Shown: in pieces, positions 38,062 to 52,604 of the stretch
Numbering within the stretch: position 1 is the stretch's first letter
Layout: every line of letters begins with the position of its first letter
Assembly (NCBI GenBank): GCA_951406725.2
Contig: OX597816.1
Span: 68,944,001 to 69,008,000, forward strand
From: Octopus vulgaris
Taxonomy: Eukaryota
DNA length: 64,000 nucleotides
Reading direction: 5' to 3'
Translations under genes and position numbers: made by a program
The notes under the pieces: model-generated
The model's input: the letters and a program-made list of their open reading frames with translations, nothing else
What the model was told of the DNA's origin: nothing
The model's database searches: none

Positions 38062-39217
38062 TACTTGGAGATATATATATATACATACTCCTGTATGTGC
38101 ACGCGTGCGTGCAATTTTGCGATTGTGTATTGTTGTGCATATTTATGAAGATTTTAGATTTGAACTCTTTGGCATGAGTCATGATTTCTTCTTACATCCT
38201 AGGCTGTCTTCATTGGGTATGTAGACAAGTAATCATCCAGAATATTGCTTATTAATACTTTGCTTGTGATAGGCAGATGAGTGTATGATAAATCTTCAGA
38301 AATATTTCCAAAGCCTCGTATGGAACATTAGTGTCAAATCATGACTACATTCGGTTAACTTCTCAGACATCACTTATAACCTCAATAAGTCCCCTGTTTT
38401 GTCCTTATAGAAAGTTCAATTGACCTTTACAGGACGTACACACATCGTCAGGCTATTCATGTTGTGTCTTAGACAATTCAGCTTAAACTATTTCTATGTT
38501 TCTTTTGGAACACATCGCTAAAGAATCTGTATTTGCAAAAGCTTTACAATAGTAAAACGATACATTAAGAAGCAGATTCATCGACCAAAAAAAAAATATA
38601 TATATCCATGAACACTACTTCCTACAACCACAATGTTTAGTTAAAACCAACATTAGACCAATGTGTGTTCTACACAGTAGTTAAATGTGCTGGTTTCTTT
38701 TACAAGAATATCTTCTACAGAATAATAAATATCACACAACTATTTCGAGTAGTTATTTGAAGGCACCTCATTCAACAACTCCAAAGCTTGCACAATATTT
38801 ATACAATACGTATGCAATCTTCCAAATATTGAAATTGCATTCCTACATTAACATGTGTATGTTTTCAGAGGTGTACTTCAAAAGGAATTATTTATTCAGC
38901 TACTGTTAGTACAAACGCGGTCTCTGTAACATACACTGGATTAACAGCAAACTTATTTCAAACGTCCATTATTGCCAACACTTGAAAACATTACGCTACT
39001 AACTGAGGCGTTTAGGTATGATTTTATCGAAATTTGTCGGGAATCGAAAATCGAAATCCGCGAATGAAAACATTAACTGTAAAACTAATTGTTCTCCAAT
39101 ATCTTTTGGTCTATGTCTAACAATCCATAGCAGTAATTTTTAACAAGAAATTACTAAAATATTTCGTTTTGGGATTTGGTTTGCATGATTCTTTATGTGA
39201 GTTCGTGTGTTGAAGCA

Positions 39218-39448
39218 TATTCTGTTGAGTCTGAGGAGAGTCATTTTCTTTTTGTGCCTTATAATTTAACACACTCACTGGTAAAATTTCCCCATCTTTC
39301 TTTTTTTTTCTAAAATTTCCGTTGCGTCTTGCAACCTTTTCAATCATCTTGGAAAATAAAAATAAGAAATAAGTGGAAATTTTACCGGTGAGTGTGTTAA
39401 ATTATAAGGCATAAAAAGAAAATGACTCTCCCCAGACACAACAGAATA
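39218..39448. mobile_element. MITE-like fold-back with 74-bp arms
   Basis: 39218-39291 is inverted at 39375-39448. TA at both termini. Confidence 0.8.
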
Positions 39449-39649
39449 GTGAAATATTACTTTGTCACTAGTCTCCCTTAATCATATTGGTGGTGTCTAC
39501 TCACTTCAGTCATTTCAAACAATTTATACACACTCAAATGTGATACCCGCTTCCGAGAGTAACCCTCACTTTTAAATATGATAGTTTATGAATATTAAGA
39601 AACCACCATGTTTTCTATATCTGTATATAATGGTGTGCATATTGCTGAA

Positions 39650-40060
39650 CAGGTATCTCAAATAGAGAATCCCTGAACTGTATTGAAAATGTTCATTCTT
39701 CCTCTGAAGAAAGTGAATCAGTCTGGTCTGTTCTCTGTAGGTAAATCGGTTGTTACGTAACCCAGTTCACCTCTGATAATTAGAACATATGAAAATCTAT
39801 CGTCTGGTTATAAAAGCTGTAAATCACTCGTCAGTTCCTCAATGTTTGCGGAGCTATTCCTATCCACTGAGCAACATATGTCTTCAACGGTGGACGTCAT
39901 TTTCTCCCTGCCCTATATATCTCTATCTGTCTTGTTATTCTTACACCATGTTGCAGGTTTTATTGTAGTATTCGACCAGTATTCACTATCTGGTTCTGAT
40001 GTACGTTTGGTAAGGCAATCACAACAATCCTTCCTCTGTATAGCGTTCTAATCCGAGAGA
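39650..40060 (-). mobile_element. Highly degenerate RLE-type LINE C-terminus
   Basis: EYWSNTTIKPATWCKNNKTD...VEDICC...LQLL*PDDRFSYVLIIRGELGYV resembles EYWWN..IK...KHNRPD...LYP.YKF.FIPIIIGALGYV. Confidence 0.5.
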
Positions 40061-42616
40061 AGCTTTCTCATAACTCATTGGAAGGTAGTAACTTGTTAAT
40101 ATTTCTGGAACATTCTATATCCAAAATTTAGGATTTTCAGTCTCTGCTAATTCTTATTTTGCTATTGGGTCTATTATGGATTATATCAGGCAGATCAGTT
40201 TTCTATGGATTCGTGTAGTAAATATTCTTCATATAATTGTTTGTTAATGTTAAAATGTTTTGTATTTAGTTAAGTGCTTTTCAGTTATTACTTTTGTTTT
40301 ACTCACTGTTCCACGTTATTCGTAATCGATTTCTGCTCACCCACGTGACCCAGGATGCTCGTCTCAGTTTTATGGTTATCGCATCGGTGGTGGGCCGTAT
40401 TTACGATATTCTCATGGAAACATTCACTGGTAAAGACATGTTCTTATTTCCTATGTGATTCTGGTGATTTGTTGGGTTGGGTTGGTATGCAATATGTCTT
40501 CAACACAGGATAAATTTTCAGTTTGCAAAGAACTATCTTTGCAAACTGAAAATTTAGATCCCACTCAGTTGTCAATCTTCAAAAGTAACCTAATGAAAGA
40601 TCTTCCTATTCGTTTTGCTGAATTGGTCCTGATATTGGGTCAATTCGATGGTCACAAGGGATTTAATTTCATACATCCACAACCTGTAATAGCTGCCCCT
40701 AGTCTCCTGTGCAGTTACGGATGTAGGTATTAATAATCCCACGTGTTGAGCTTCAGAAAACCTTCACCGCTTTATTTCTCTTACGATGTCCTATAATAAA
40801 ATGTGATCTTCGCATTTGTTTTCTAAAAGTAGATAACTGAATTTTCTTTACCAGGCATATATTAATGGCAAAATTTCTTGACAATAGTATTCATTACAGA
40901 AATATGAACAGTACATTTATACTTACTTCCCTTATACTGAGGTAAATTAATTCGGCGCCATATTGTACGTATGCAGGTATGCATATATTTATGTGTATAT
41001 GCATGTATGTTTATTTACACACATACTCAATCATGCACACACTCACGCACACACGAATTCACGTATATATACGTCTGTGTGTGTATCCATGGCTTACATT
41101 AAAAATTATTGATCTTTTATAAGGGCTTCACATCCATAATGATTATTGAAGCTCCATTCTGTTATTTAGGTTTTCCATTCTATTATTTAGGTTTATTCTC
41201 TATGTTGAAAAACAAATAGTGCATCAGCCATTTCAAAGGGTACTATAAAAACCAATACAAGCTTATTGATGTGACACCCGAACAACTTTTGCTGCATCAA
41301 CTAAAAGGTCATACGGATGATTGTGGAGACCCAGTTTCCCACTTTCTTTACGTAGCTTTATAACAGCTCATAGTTGCAGAATCATTGTCTCTGTTTTTCT
41401 CTCCAACATTTTAAAACAAAGAATTCTTTGATTTATCGATCTGCATACCTTCTGTTCCCCCATTTTATTCGTCACTCCTGCTTTTTTCTCCTCATTTATT
41501 TTTACTGTTACTATCTTCAAATATTCTATAAATCTATAATCGCCCTATTCTTCTCTGAAAGTGTCATTCCCTCGTATATATTCTTCCTATTATTTCATCG
41601 TAGTTGTCGACCTACATGAAAATAAACTAAATACAAACTATCTCATCTGTCTCATCAGAATTGCTTGGAAATGCTTCTATGTATGCACCTTCTACTCTTC
41701 TAAGCAACAAAACAAAATTAAATATAAGCATCTTGGAGAAATTCTAAATACCATTATAAGAAAATCTAAAAAATGCTTTTGTATGCGAATGCATGTGTCC
41801 TTTCTTTCCCTTTCTCTCTCTTTGTCCCTCTCTCTTCCTAGCGAACTCACATACACTCAGATTGTTTTAGATATCAGTCAATATTAAGATAAATGAATGT
41901 AGAAAGACGGTAGAAATATATTATTGAATATGTTCTCCACATACTTAAAGGTGTATGCTGTCATTTAAGAGAAATATTTACCCATCATGTCTAGCACCCG
42001 TATGATTATCGCCTAGATTTCATTCCACTATGTTTTACATAACAATAATACGTTCTACACGAGCAAAATACCTGCCAACACATACACATAAATGACTGCC
42101 AACACTTCTACAAGCAGAGTAAAAGTGCTTTGAAAGAAATTGTACGGGAGTAAAATTTCTGAAACGAACTGTAGTACAAATTGAAACGAACCAACAATGC
42201 AACAAGGTTCACATTCCCTCACCTGTGTACTAGATTAAGGGTAGAAGTGTATGGGTAATATATCTAGGCATTTACATTCTAATGCACTCAAGTAGGAAGT
42301 AATGTTTGAGATACATCACTGAAATTGATGCAAATCCATCTGTTGATAGGGAAAAGGGGAAATTAAATATTGCGTCGTTAAGCTTCTTGTGGTACAGACC
42401 TAAAACTAACCATTAAATATACGTTAATATTAGGATATGAGTATGTATATTATTCCATACAATCATACAGAAATACACACAAACTACGCATGTAGGCATG
42501 TAACATGATCACAACCTACACATACAAGTGCATCACGACAAATACCTACAAATATATGTGTGCATGTGTGTGTGTGTGTACGTGTATATATGTATGTATA
42601 TATATATATATTTCGC

Positions 42617-42649
<33 letters not shown>

Positions 42650-42696
42650 CATACATATATACATACACACGTATTCATGTATGCCTATTTATAGAC

Positions 42697-42742
<46 letters not shown>

Positions 42743-43463
42743 TAGTGTATGTATGTGTACATCCTTATGTATATAAATGCACCCTTATGTATATAAATGT
42801 GTGTGTGTGTATGTGTATATGTATATGTACATATGAAGTTTCGCACACAAGTAATTATATGTACACATACACAAAGAATAAGATAAATTGATAAATAGAT
42901 GGATAAGCATAAAAATTGATAACATTATAGATAATAAATGTTATATTTAAATATGAGTATCTGTGTGCACCTATGCGTATATGTATATGTGTGCTCTCAC
43001 GTTTGTAAGCGTGTGTGTGTGTGTGTGTGTGTATGTGTGTTTGTTTTCTTGTGTGCATGTATATGTGTATATAAGTGTGTGAATGAATATGTAGTTGTTT
43101 AGATAAATACCTGTCAATACTTCGCTTGAATTTACGAGGATAATAAAGTACAAGCAAATGCACAGGCGAATACACTCACACCTCTTTCATAATAGTTGAT
43201 TTCTCTTCGGAAACGCTATTTTATCATGCCGCTATAATGTTCCATAAAACTATACTATACCATGTTAAGAATTGCCATTCTCTTCGCAGTAACAGAATTT
43301 TCCTACAAAGAATTCAAAGCACTTATAATCAATTAACACATTTATTTGAAATATTAGCGAAGCCATCATGTATACACACACATACATACACACATATAAA
43401 ATTAGGTGTATGTATGCCATGTGTATGTATATGCATGTATATATAAATAGATATTCACATGTC

Positions 43464-43504
<41 letters not shown>

Positions 43505-44326
43505 TTTTCATATATATACATATATATATATATATATGTTTATGTACACTTTATGAATTTACATATATATATATATGTATGTATGTGTATGTATATATAT
43601 ATATATATATAAAAGTGTATATATACATGCATATCTGTACTTATATACCTTATATATATATGTATGTATATATATATGTGTGTGTGTATGTGTGTGTGTA
43701 TGTATGTGTAAATGTACGTTTGTATATCTCTATACCTATATTTCTGTGTATGTGTGTTTGTGTAATTTTACCCTATATATAAAATGTGTGAATGCTCCTA
43801 TGTATATATTCATACATACACTTTACATAAAGACGTGTGTATGATAGTATGTATGTATATATGTATGTACGTATGTATGCTTGTATGTATGCATGTGTGT
43901 GTGTGAATATTTCTATATATAAGCTTAGATGTGAAAACAAAGTCGAATCTAAATTATACAGAATTAGAATTAATCTCGTATAAGCATTTCTTTGAAGTTG
44001 TAGATGAAAATTAATAGTCCGTTTCGGAATAATTTTATATGATGCCTAAGTGTTGATATCACTTCTTCCTACAATATAAACTTGCAGCATTATGTATTAC
44101 ACATTTGAATATACATTACGTCGTAAATATTAATTTAATAATATTTCTCCCCTCTTTTCAAGCTATAGATAACCCAAGACAACTTGTCTTTGGTGCCGTG
44201 CTGTAAGATCGAATTCGTAATCATGATGTAGTGTCGCTTACTTCTTAAAACGCTGAGCCATGTATATTCTTTTGAATAAATAGGTTTTCTTAAATAAAAC
44301 AGAACTACTGTTACGGGTATATGAAT

Positions 44327-44610
44327 AGCCTAGTGGTTAGGGCAGCGGACTCGCGGCCGAGGGATCGCGGGTTCGAATCTCAGACCAGGCGGTGTGTGTG
44401 TTTATGAGCGAAACACATAAGCTCCACGCGACTCCGGTAGAAGGTAATGGCGAACTTCTTCTGACTCTTTCGCCACAACTTTCTCTCACTCTTTCCTCTT
44501 GCAGCTCACCTGCGATGGACCGGCGTCCCGTCCAAGTGGGGAACCTATACGCCAAGGAAACCGGAAAACCGGCAGTTATGAGCCTGGGGTGGCTGTTGAA
44601 GATTAACAAA
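44327..44610 (+). mobile_element. SINE family C
   Basis: Matches 23859-24164. Confidence 0.9.
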
Positions 44611-45333
44611 ATGTAATACATTTATATTTGCTGTGTTGGGTGGAAGTCAAAAAGTTGCTTGTGCTTTGGGGAGAAACGAGAGCGAAAAGGTGAGTTAAGT
44701 GTAATTGTTTCAAGAAGGGAGTGAGAGTAATAACCTAGAGAAACTGAAAAAAGTTTTTGCTGAAATACTTGAACGAGAGATGAGTGTAGATTCTATGTAA
44801 CCGAGTACACCAATTTCTAGGGTGAAATTTGAGCAGGGAGGATGTCCTGAAAAACGGATATTGATTGCCGATAGGAGTTCAGAAATTTCCGTCTCAGTCC
44901 GATATATGATGTGTGATTCGCGTGAAAGCAGGAGGTAATATGTGGGACCTTCTTTTGTTAGGATAACTAGTGAAAGAGTATGCCACGTGATTTGGGCTTA
45001 TATTTTCTAATCATACGGGCAAGTAAATGTAAATGTGTGGGAAATAACATGTCTGGAGGCCGTAACCGTCGCCGCCCAGAGATCGAACTCCGCTGAATGG
45101 ACTCGACAGTCAGATGGTTTTGTGAAATCGGGAATTATGGTGCGCTTACCACACACACATACACACACAAACACATACATACGCATACACACACACAGAG
45201 AAAGGTAGAGAATCTTCTACGTCCTATTTAATGGGGTTACATTAGAAACAGGAGTGTAGAGTAACTGCAAATGAAAAACGAAATAGAATACAAAAATAAA
45301 ACAGCAACACCTGACACCACAGACAGTTGTAAC

Positions 45334-45370
<37 letters not shown>

Positions 45371-46047
45371 GTAGTAGTAGTAGTAGTAGTAGTTGAGAGG
45401 AATCTGCATAAAGTTTTAGTAGGGAGTGGAGTATTACATCCTAAAATTTGTACGAAATTAGTAATGTGATTGACGTGGTTCTACTGACCGTTACGGCAGC
45501 TGATTTCGCTGCTGTTGTGCTGTTACAAAAGAATATAAAGTAGAAATTTTCGTCCCCCGTGCTGCTAACACAGTAGTTCTCCAGATATTATAGTTCTTTT
45601 TTATTGTGATTCAATGGAATGCTTTTGTTTTATTTGCTGCTGTTGCTGAGGTTGTTGCTGTCGTTGTTGTTGGTCTTCGACAACCAGAATTACCGTTGTT
45701 GTTGTTCATATACAAACTCTGATAAAAAAAAAAGGGTGAGAATACAAGAATGCTAAAAATGGTAATATATAAACACAGCTGTGTTTAATCATTCTAGCGG
45801 TACAGGTGAATATTGAAATTCATCAGCAGAATGTGTCAGACGAAACCTTATATGTATATTGTTTATCGTTAATAATGTACTTTTTGAGAGAGAGGGAAGA
45901 TCCATCTTAGATTATTGCCCAAGAGTAATACGTAGCTTTGCTGTGACAACTTGAATGATACGAAGGGATTCGAACCCGAATCGCCGGTTCCAGAGGCGCA
46001 GGAATACATGACCACACCAATCTGGCACTAGCTCGAATTGGGGAAAA

Positions 46048-47310
46048 TTAAGCCATATGAAGTTGGCCTTTGTTCTTCCTAGACCAGATCCAACTTGAGG
46101 CCGTCTCCGCCGCTTCTCCCATGGCCCTCAAGGTTCTTGTCCTGCTTCTTCCAGAGATGGACAGCTGTTTCATGAGGCTGTAGGCAGATGAGCCTACAAA
46201 TCCACTGATGCCAACCGCGACTGCGGAGACTTTGGTTTTCAATTCAGCATCCGTCGGGTCTCTGGCTAAGTCGGCGTACTTTTCCTGTCTTGTAGACATG
46301 AGCGTCTTTACTCCTGGTTTCGTAAGCATTCTGGGAGTGGAGCACTATGTCGGGTCTCGAACCGGTCATCTTGATGCCCCTGGGTAGTCGTTCCACACTG
46401 AGAGATCTGCAGTGCACTCCCAATCTTCTGCTTCACTCAGAAGGCCTTGTCAGCAGGATTCGAGTGGGATGTTTGTAGCTGGCAAAGTTTTTTTGCCTTC
46501 TGCCGCATGAAACCATGTCTCAGGTTCTGTGCATCATCCTTTGCTCTTGGTCGTATTGAATTAGACCGCTTCAGCAAGCTCTTTCAGCACTTGGTTGTGC
46601 CTCCAAATGTATCTCCTTGGAGTGAGGACTGCTTTGCAAGAGCTGAGAACGTGCTCCACTGTCTGTCTTACGCTGCCGAGCGGACAGGAGGGGGTCCTCA
46701 GAGTTACACCATTTTAATAGGTTGGCATTTGAGGGTAGGACGTCATACACTGATCTTAGAACGAAGCTGATCTTGAGTGGAGCCATGTGCCACAGGTCGT
46801 TCAAGTTCAGGCGTCTTTGGAGAGCACTTTGCCATGTTGTCCATTGTCCCTGCTGACTTTGCTGCACTGTCTTCTGGAGCCTTCCTTTGTTTTGTCTTCC
46901 CTGATCTCTTGGATCACCAAGTTTTGTCTTTGCTTTTCCTTTTTAGAAGATCCTAGTCCTTGTTTGTTGGGTGAGTGTACCCAGTGATTTCTCTCATCCT
47001 TAGGCTCTCCTTAGCTACATCTACAGCTTCCTTCCCCTTCCACTTCCTGCCTGTTTTCAGCTCGAGTTGGACAGCTCTCACGATCAGGGCTGTTGAATCT
47101 TCAAGCATGCTGATGTGTCTGGCTTTCCTGTCTTATACTCTTCCAGGATTGACTTTAAAGAAGCTTCAGCTTTTCCTGACGGCAGTAGAGTGCGACGTCT
47201 GTGAGACTGGGTGGGATGCCAAGCCATTTCCTCGTATACTTGTTGATTTTTGTTTCCATGGTTTCCACTGTACTCGAGCAAATGTCGTATATCAACAGTG
47301 GCCAGAGGAG
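46048..47310 (-). mobile_element. HERO-like non-LTR retrotransposon 3' part (thumb, CCHC, RLE), degenerate
   Basis: QQGQWTTW...LWHMAPLKISFVLRSVYDVLPSNANL..W, EHVLSSCK...WRHNQVL, KYADLA...VGISGFVG...AAETASSWIWSRK. Confidence 0.88.
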
Positions 47311-47369
47311 TTTGGTGAGCTGGCAGAAACGTTAGCACGCCGGGCGAAAAAGATAATTGTAAAAGATTT

Positions 47370-48650
47370 TTGAACGACTGTTTCATCCTTTGGGATGAAA
47401 ACATAGATAACCTCCTGGACTTCGAAAGACTCTTTAATAACATTAACACAAATATACAATTTACAATGGAACACAACCAAGAGGAACTCCCGTTCCTAGA
47501 CATAAACGTTAAAAAATAGCAAAAAATAGAAGCGGGCACATTTTACAACGATACAGACACTAAACAGTAACTATTATTTAGATTATGCCATCCGAGACGT
47601 ATTAAAACAAATATCTCCTTCAACCTTGCAAGAAGGATTTTTCACTATAGTGTCCGAAAGGAATACAAGAGAACTAAGACTGGAAAAGCTTAAAAACGTA
47701 CTCATTGACAGACACTACTCAATTCAACTCATCGATGATGCGATTAAACGTGCAAAATCGATTGACATAAAAACATTATGAAAAGTCGAACACAATCACA
47801 CACCTAGTCTGGAAATACTGACTAACGTTTCGATACACAACCCTAGAAACAATGAAGCATTTAATATCATTGTCAAAAATCTCCCTACACTCCATAATGA
47901 CCCCCAAACTGAAGGGAATCCTGCGTACGCATAGGATTCATTAAAAGCAATAAACAACCAAAGATATTATAGAAGATTCTCTCAAATGCTAAATTATTCT
48001 CAAGGATAACGGACTCAAGAGTAAAAAAATGTGGTCGACTTAACGGCAGAACATGCACCAATGTTTTGGAAGGATCAGATTTTAAACCAGGGCAAGAATT
48101 TAAACCAGGGCAAAAATTCAAAATTAAAATCCAGCTTCACTTGAACTTGCCATAAAGACTATATAGGTTCTATAGGAATGTAACATAGACGTAGATGAGC
48201 AGTCCACAGACAACAGATCTCTTCCACACAATATCCCCAGATGCATCTTAGATAACACATTGACAGATGTGCAGACCAACTACGACCACAATTCCTAATC
48301 TTCCCATTATATTAGGGAGCTACCTGGACCTCAACACACGTGCGACTAAATAAAGAGGCCACATTTTAAAAAAATGTAAGCCAGAACTAAATATAAATTC
48401 ATACTGAAAATTACAGATTCACCACTCCTTTACTGAAAAATACCTTGGTAAAAAATACACCGCACTCTCCAGCAAAAAAAATTCTCATTTCGAATTGCAT
48501 GTAACACACAAAGATTGAAAAGCTTCAGCGAAACCGGTTATTTGATTAGAGGAAAACATCTTATTATGTAAAATATTGGATAATACTTTTCCCATGACGA
48601 TTTACACATATTCTTTTGTCTTGTAAAATATATATTTTTTTTCCTCTTAT
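47370..48650 (+). mobile_element. Penelope-like element remnant: RT C-half, Zn knuckle, GIY-YIG, pseudo-LTR
   Basis: DCFILWDENID...IQFTMEHNQEELPFLDI, CHPRRIKTNISFNLARRI, HNPRNNEAFNII, KCGRLNGRTC, FLIFP. gcgaaaccggtt at about 48528. Confidence 0.85.
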
Positions 48651-48871
48651 TTCTTTCCTCGTACATATATATATATATATATACATACACATGCACACAC
48701 ACATATATATACATATATCTTGAGCGCCAAATCCACCAGTTTTTTATTCTCTCTCTGTTTATTTCCTCTTATACCTTTACGTTTAAGACCGTTCGATCGA
48801 AACGCAAAAGACATTGTCACTTTCCCGACCGTCAAACTAAAACACTTGCTTGTTGTTTATACATGTCTTCG

Positions 48872-48918
<47 letters not shown>

Positions 48919-48974
48919 GAAGGCATTACATGTGCACATCCATCGCTAAAATTGAAAGTAAAAAATAGTTCTGT

Positions 48975-49170
48975 TCCACAGAATAGGCACAATCGTTGTC
49001 GATTTTTTCCATCCGATTCTCTTTCCTATTGGACTGTGTTCTCTCTCTTGTTACTGAAGAAGAGATTTACTCTAAACGTAAAACCACCTTTCTCTCCTAC
49101 CCTGAGAGTCTGCTAATACTTTACATGTACCACGTCCTCGCATTCTGGTATTTTTGTGTTTGCACTTCTT
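48975..49170 (+). repeat. Short repeat with HHR-like motif (family P4), G12 mutated
   Basis: CTGAAGA-a-GAG attta CTC-tAAA-CG-TA at 49054-49080. Confidence 0.5.
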
Positions 49171-49184
49171 TCATTTCGATTTAT

Positions 49185-49225
<41 letters not shown>

Positions 49226-49566
49226 TTGTGTGTGTCGGTGTGTGTATGTGTGTGTGCGTGGTGGGGTGTAAGACTTATCTTTCTGCATAGATGTGCGTCT
49301 ATATTTATACATACATATCTATACACATATACATGCAGGAGTGCATATAAATATAGATTCGTACATATATACATGTACACACACATACATTCATTTTCTC
49401 TCCATATGTGTGTGTTTGTGCGCCTGAAAGCGACATAGCGTTTGTGTAATATATCATCAGATATAATCTCCTAGAAGACTTATATTAATGCTACTTCTGA
49501 AAATCTTGCTAGCTTTGGGATAATTTTAAATAATAGCGTTTATCTCTCCTAAATAATACGCCATAT

Positions 49567-49623
<57 letters not shown>

Positions 49624-49700
49624 TATTAATACAGAAATTATAAGATTCTCGTTAATGTTGAAAGTCTTATTTACGGTAATTCTTCCATTATTACTCCGAT

Positions 49701-49764
<64 letters not shown>

Positions 49765-50062
49765 GCTTGTATGTATAAATATATATGTATGTGTGTTTGT
49801 ACGTACATGAATATATTGAAACATAAGTATACTGATCTACTATGATTAATGTCTATAAGTATTCAATATTCCGAATATATATTATAAATATATCATTTTC
49901 AACGAATCAGTTAGTATTTTTGTTTTTATACTTCTTAGGTACATGGAGTACATTGACAATATAATCAAAGTAAATGCACACTCCAATTTACACGTCAAAA
50001 GCTTGTGTACACGCCTTCCTCTTCGCACGAGTATATTTATTCATCTACACATATAGAATGAA

Positions 50063-50118
<56 letters not shown>

Positions 50119-50252
50119 GTGTATGCGTATATATATATATATATAAATTTGGAATACATTAATACACACATACATACATTTTGCCGTATATATATATATA
50201 CATACATATGCATATATATATATTTATATATATCCATATACATATATATATA

Positions 50253-50303
<51 letters not shown>

Positions 50304-51021
50304 TGTATGTACATATGTATATATTCATATATATACATACATGAATACATACACACACATATATGTATGTATATATATATATATATATGTATAGTATATA
50401 TATCCTTACATACATACATGCATACACACATACATACATTTTGCCGTGTATATATATATATATACATACATATGCATATATATATATTTATATATATCCA
50501 TATACATATATATATATATATTATATGTGTGCATATATGTATGTACATATGTATATATATTCATATATATACATACATGAATACATACACACACATATAT
50601 GTATGTATATATATATATAAATGTATATATATGTATGTACATATATATATATATATTTATATATATATATATATATATATGTACGTATATATATACTTAT
50701 GGCGCTGTGAGTATTGTAATATATTTCATATTTTCCAACAATAAGCTGATCTCTATTCTCTTTTCCTTTCATTTTCGTACATGTGGAATACCTGCTTGAA
50801 ATATAATTAATTTGAAATTGTATTCAATTGTGTTTATGGCTTCCTCTTATTCACACATTTCTGCGAAAAGACAGGGAGAATAATATTTAAGTTACTTAAA
50901 TTCTTTGTCAATAGTATACACATGAAGTGAAAGATATACATGAAAGCATAGAAATGTCCCCTAATTCTAACATATAGTTACTTAGACACTCATATGCAAA
51001 CAAAAATACGCATATATGGAC

Positions 51022-51055
<34 letters not shown>

Positions 51056-51084
51056 TTGTGTGTGTGTATATGTGTGTATGTGTG

Positions 51085-51120
<36 letters not shown>

Positions 51121-51152
51121 TATTTGCGTATTTACATTTGTATATATATATA

Positions 51153-51209
<57 letters not shown>

Positions 51210-51213
<4 letters not shown>

Positions 51214-52435
51214 GAAATATGTTACAAAAAGACAATATAAAATACACGTGGAAATGTAAGGGTAAAATATGAAAAATCAACGAAAATGCACATTGAAAAT
51301 AAAAAAGACTATTTATGACAGGTAACGACAAATATATACATTTAGATCGACTGGGGTAGTAATAAGAGTCATAAGGGTCATTATTATGAGATGATTGTAA
51401 GATGATAATAAAGTAAGAGAACAAAGCGAACCATGGTTTCGGCAAAACCTATTCATCGCTTTGAAAACACGGTGTCAGGTCTACTAGTTCCTGAGAAAAA
51501 AGGTTATTTGTAAGGGCGGTAAATAGTTCTGGATTATTTGTAAGGGAGGTAAGTAGTTCAGGATTTAGAGATGTGAGTGGTGAAGGAAGTGTATAGAGGT
51601 TAGTGGTTTCAATTGAAGAGTTAGTGGTGTTCTGTATTGAGTTGTGTGTTCATATTTAGTTGGGGGAGAAATTTATTGATGAAAAATGCCTCTTTATTCA
51701 ACCTTTGTTGAATTGTGGTGTTCTGTGAATATTGATAAAAGGGAAAGATTAGGAAATTGGGATTAAGATTCCTGACACACCTTTCTATGTGTTCACTCAC
51801 CTTTAACTGCCGGTATTGTGGGTGACGGATTTGCTCTTTGTGAATGGTGACACTTTGACGGAGCGAAATTCCTGTTTGTCCAATATAGAGTTTACCACAT
51901 CATATGCATGTCATGACATAGATAACATTTACTGAGGCACAGGTGAAATTTGATTTGATCTTAAATATTTCTCCTTGTTTGAAGTGAAATTATAAAACCT
52001 CCAGAAGGTGGGGGCATGTTCCACAGTTAGAACGGCCACATTTTGTCACTTTTGGCTCTGTTGTTAGTGGATACAGTCTAGCGCTGGTTAATATTTTTTC
52101 AGTGACTTCGGTTGCTTTTTGCTTTTTATAATTTTATATGAGCTTAAAATTTCTTTTATTGTTTTGTCTGCTGTGAGGATAGGAAGATTTTGGGTGATGA
52201 TGTTGAAGGCTTCGTTGTTTCTAGGGTTATGTGTGGAAATGTACGGGAGTATTTTTAAATCTTGTTTAGTATTTAGGCTAGTTTTCCTTCACATCTGTAT
52301 ATATATTTCCTTAGCTCTTTTGATGCTTTCATTTACTAATGAGATTGGGCAATGTATTTTAGTTAGTGTAGATCTAAGTTCAAGGAGTCTATGTTCTCGA
52401 GTGTATGTATCGGAAACTATGGTGCAGATTCTTTT
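51210..52435 (-). mobile_element. Penelope-like element remnant (same lineage as 12869 and 47370) with pseudo-LTR
   Basis: RICTIVSD...ILPYISTHNPRNNEAFNII...KCGRSNCGTCPH...FTCASVNVIYVMTCI*CGKLYIGQTG...NKEAFFINKFLPQLN. HHR remnant gatga..gccGAAAccatggtt at 51423-51463. Confidence 0.9.
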
Positions 52436-52560
52436 ATATGCATATAATATATATTTATGTTTGCATGTGTGTATTCAAATTATTTATATTTACATATATA
52501 TGAATATATGTGTACCTATACAAGTGTTTGTGTATATATTTATAAATAAGTTATGTTTTT

Positions 52561-52601
<41 letters not shown>

Positions 52602-52604
<3 letters not shown>

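Noticed and set aside
51895-51910. In-frame TGA within CxxC of the PLE endonuclease as possible selenocysteine
   Set aside because: The TGA occupies a spacer position (C-I-*-C), not a Cys position, in an otherwise frameshifted copy.
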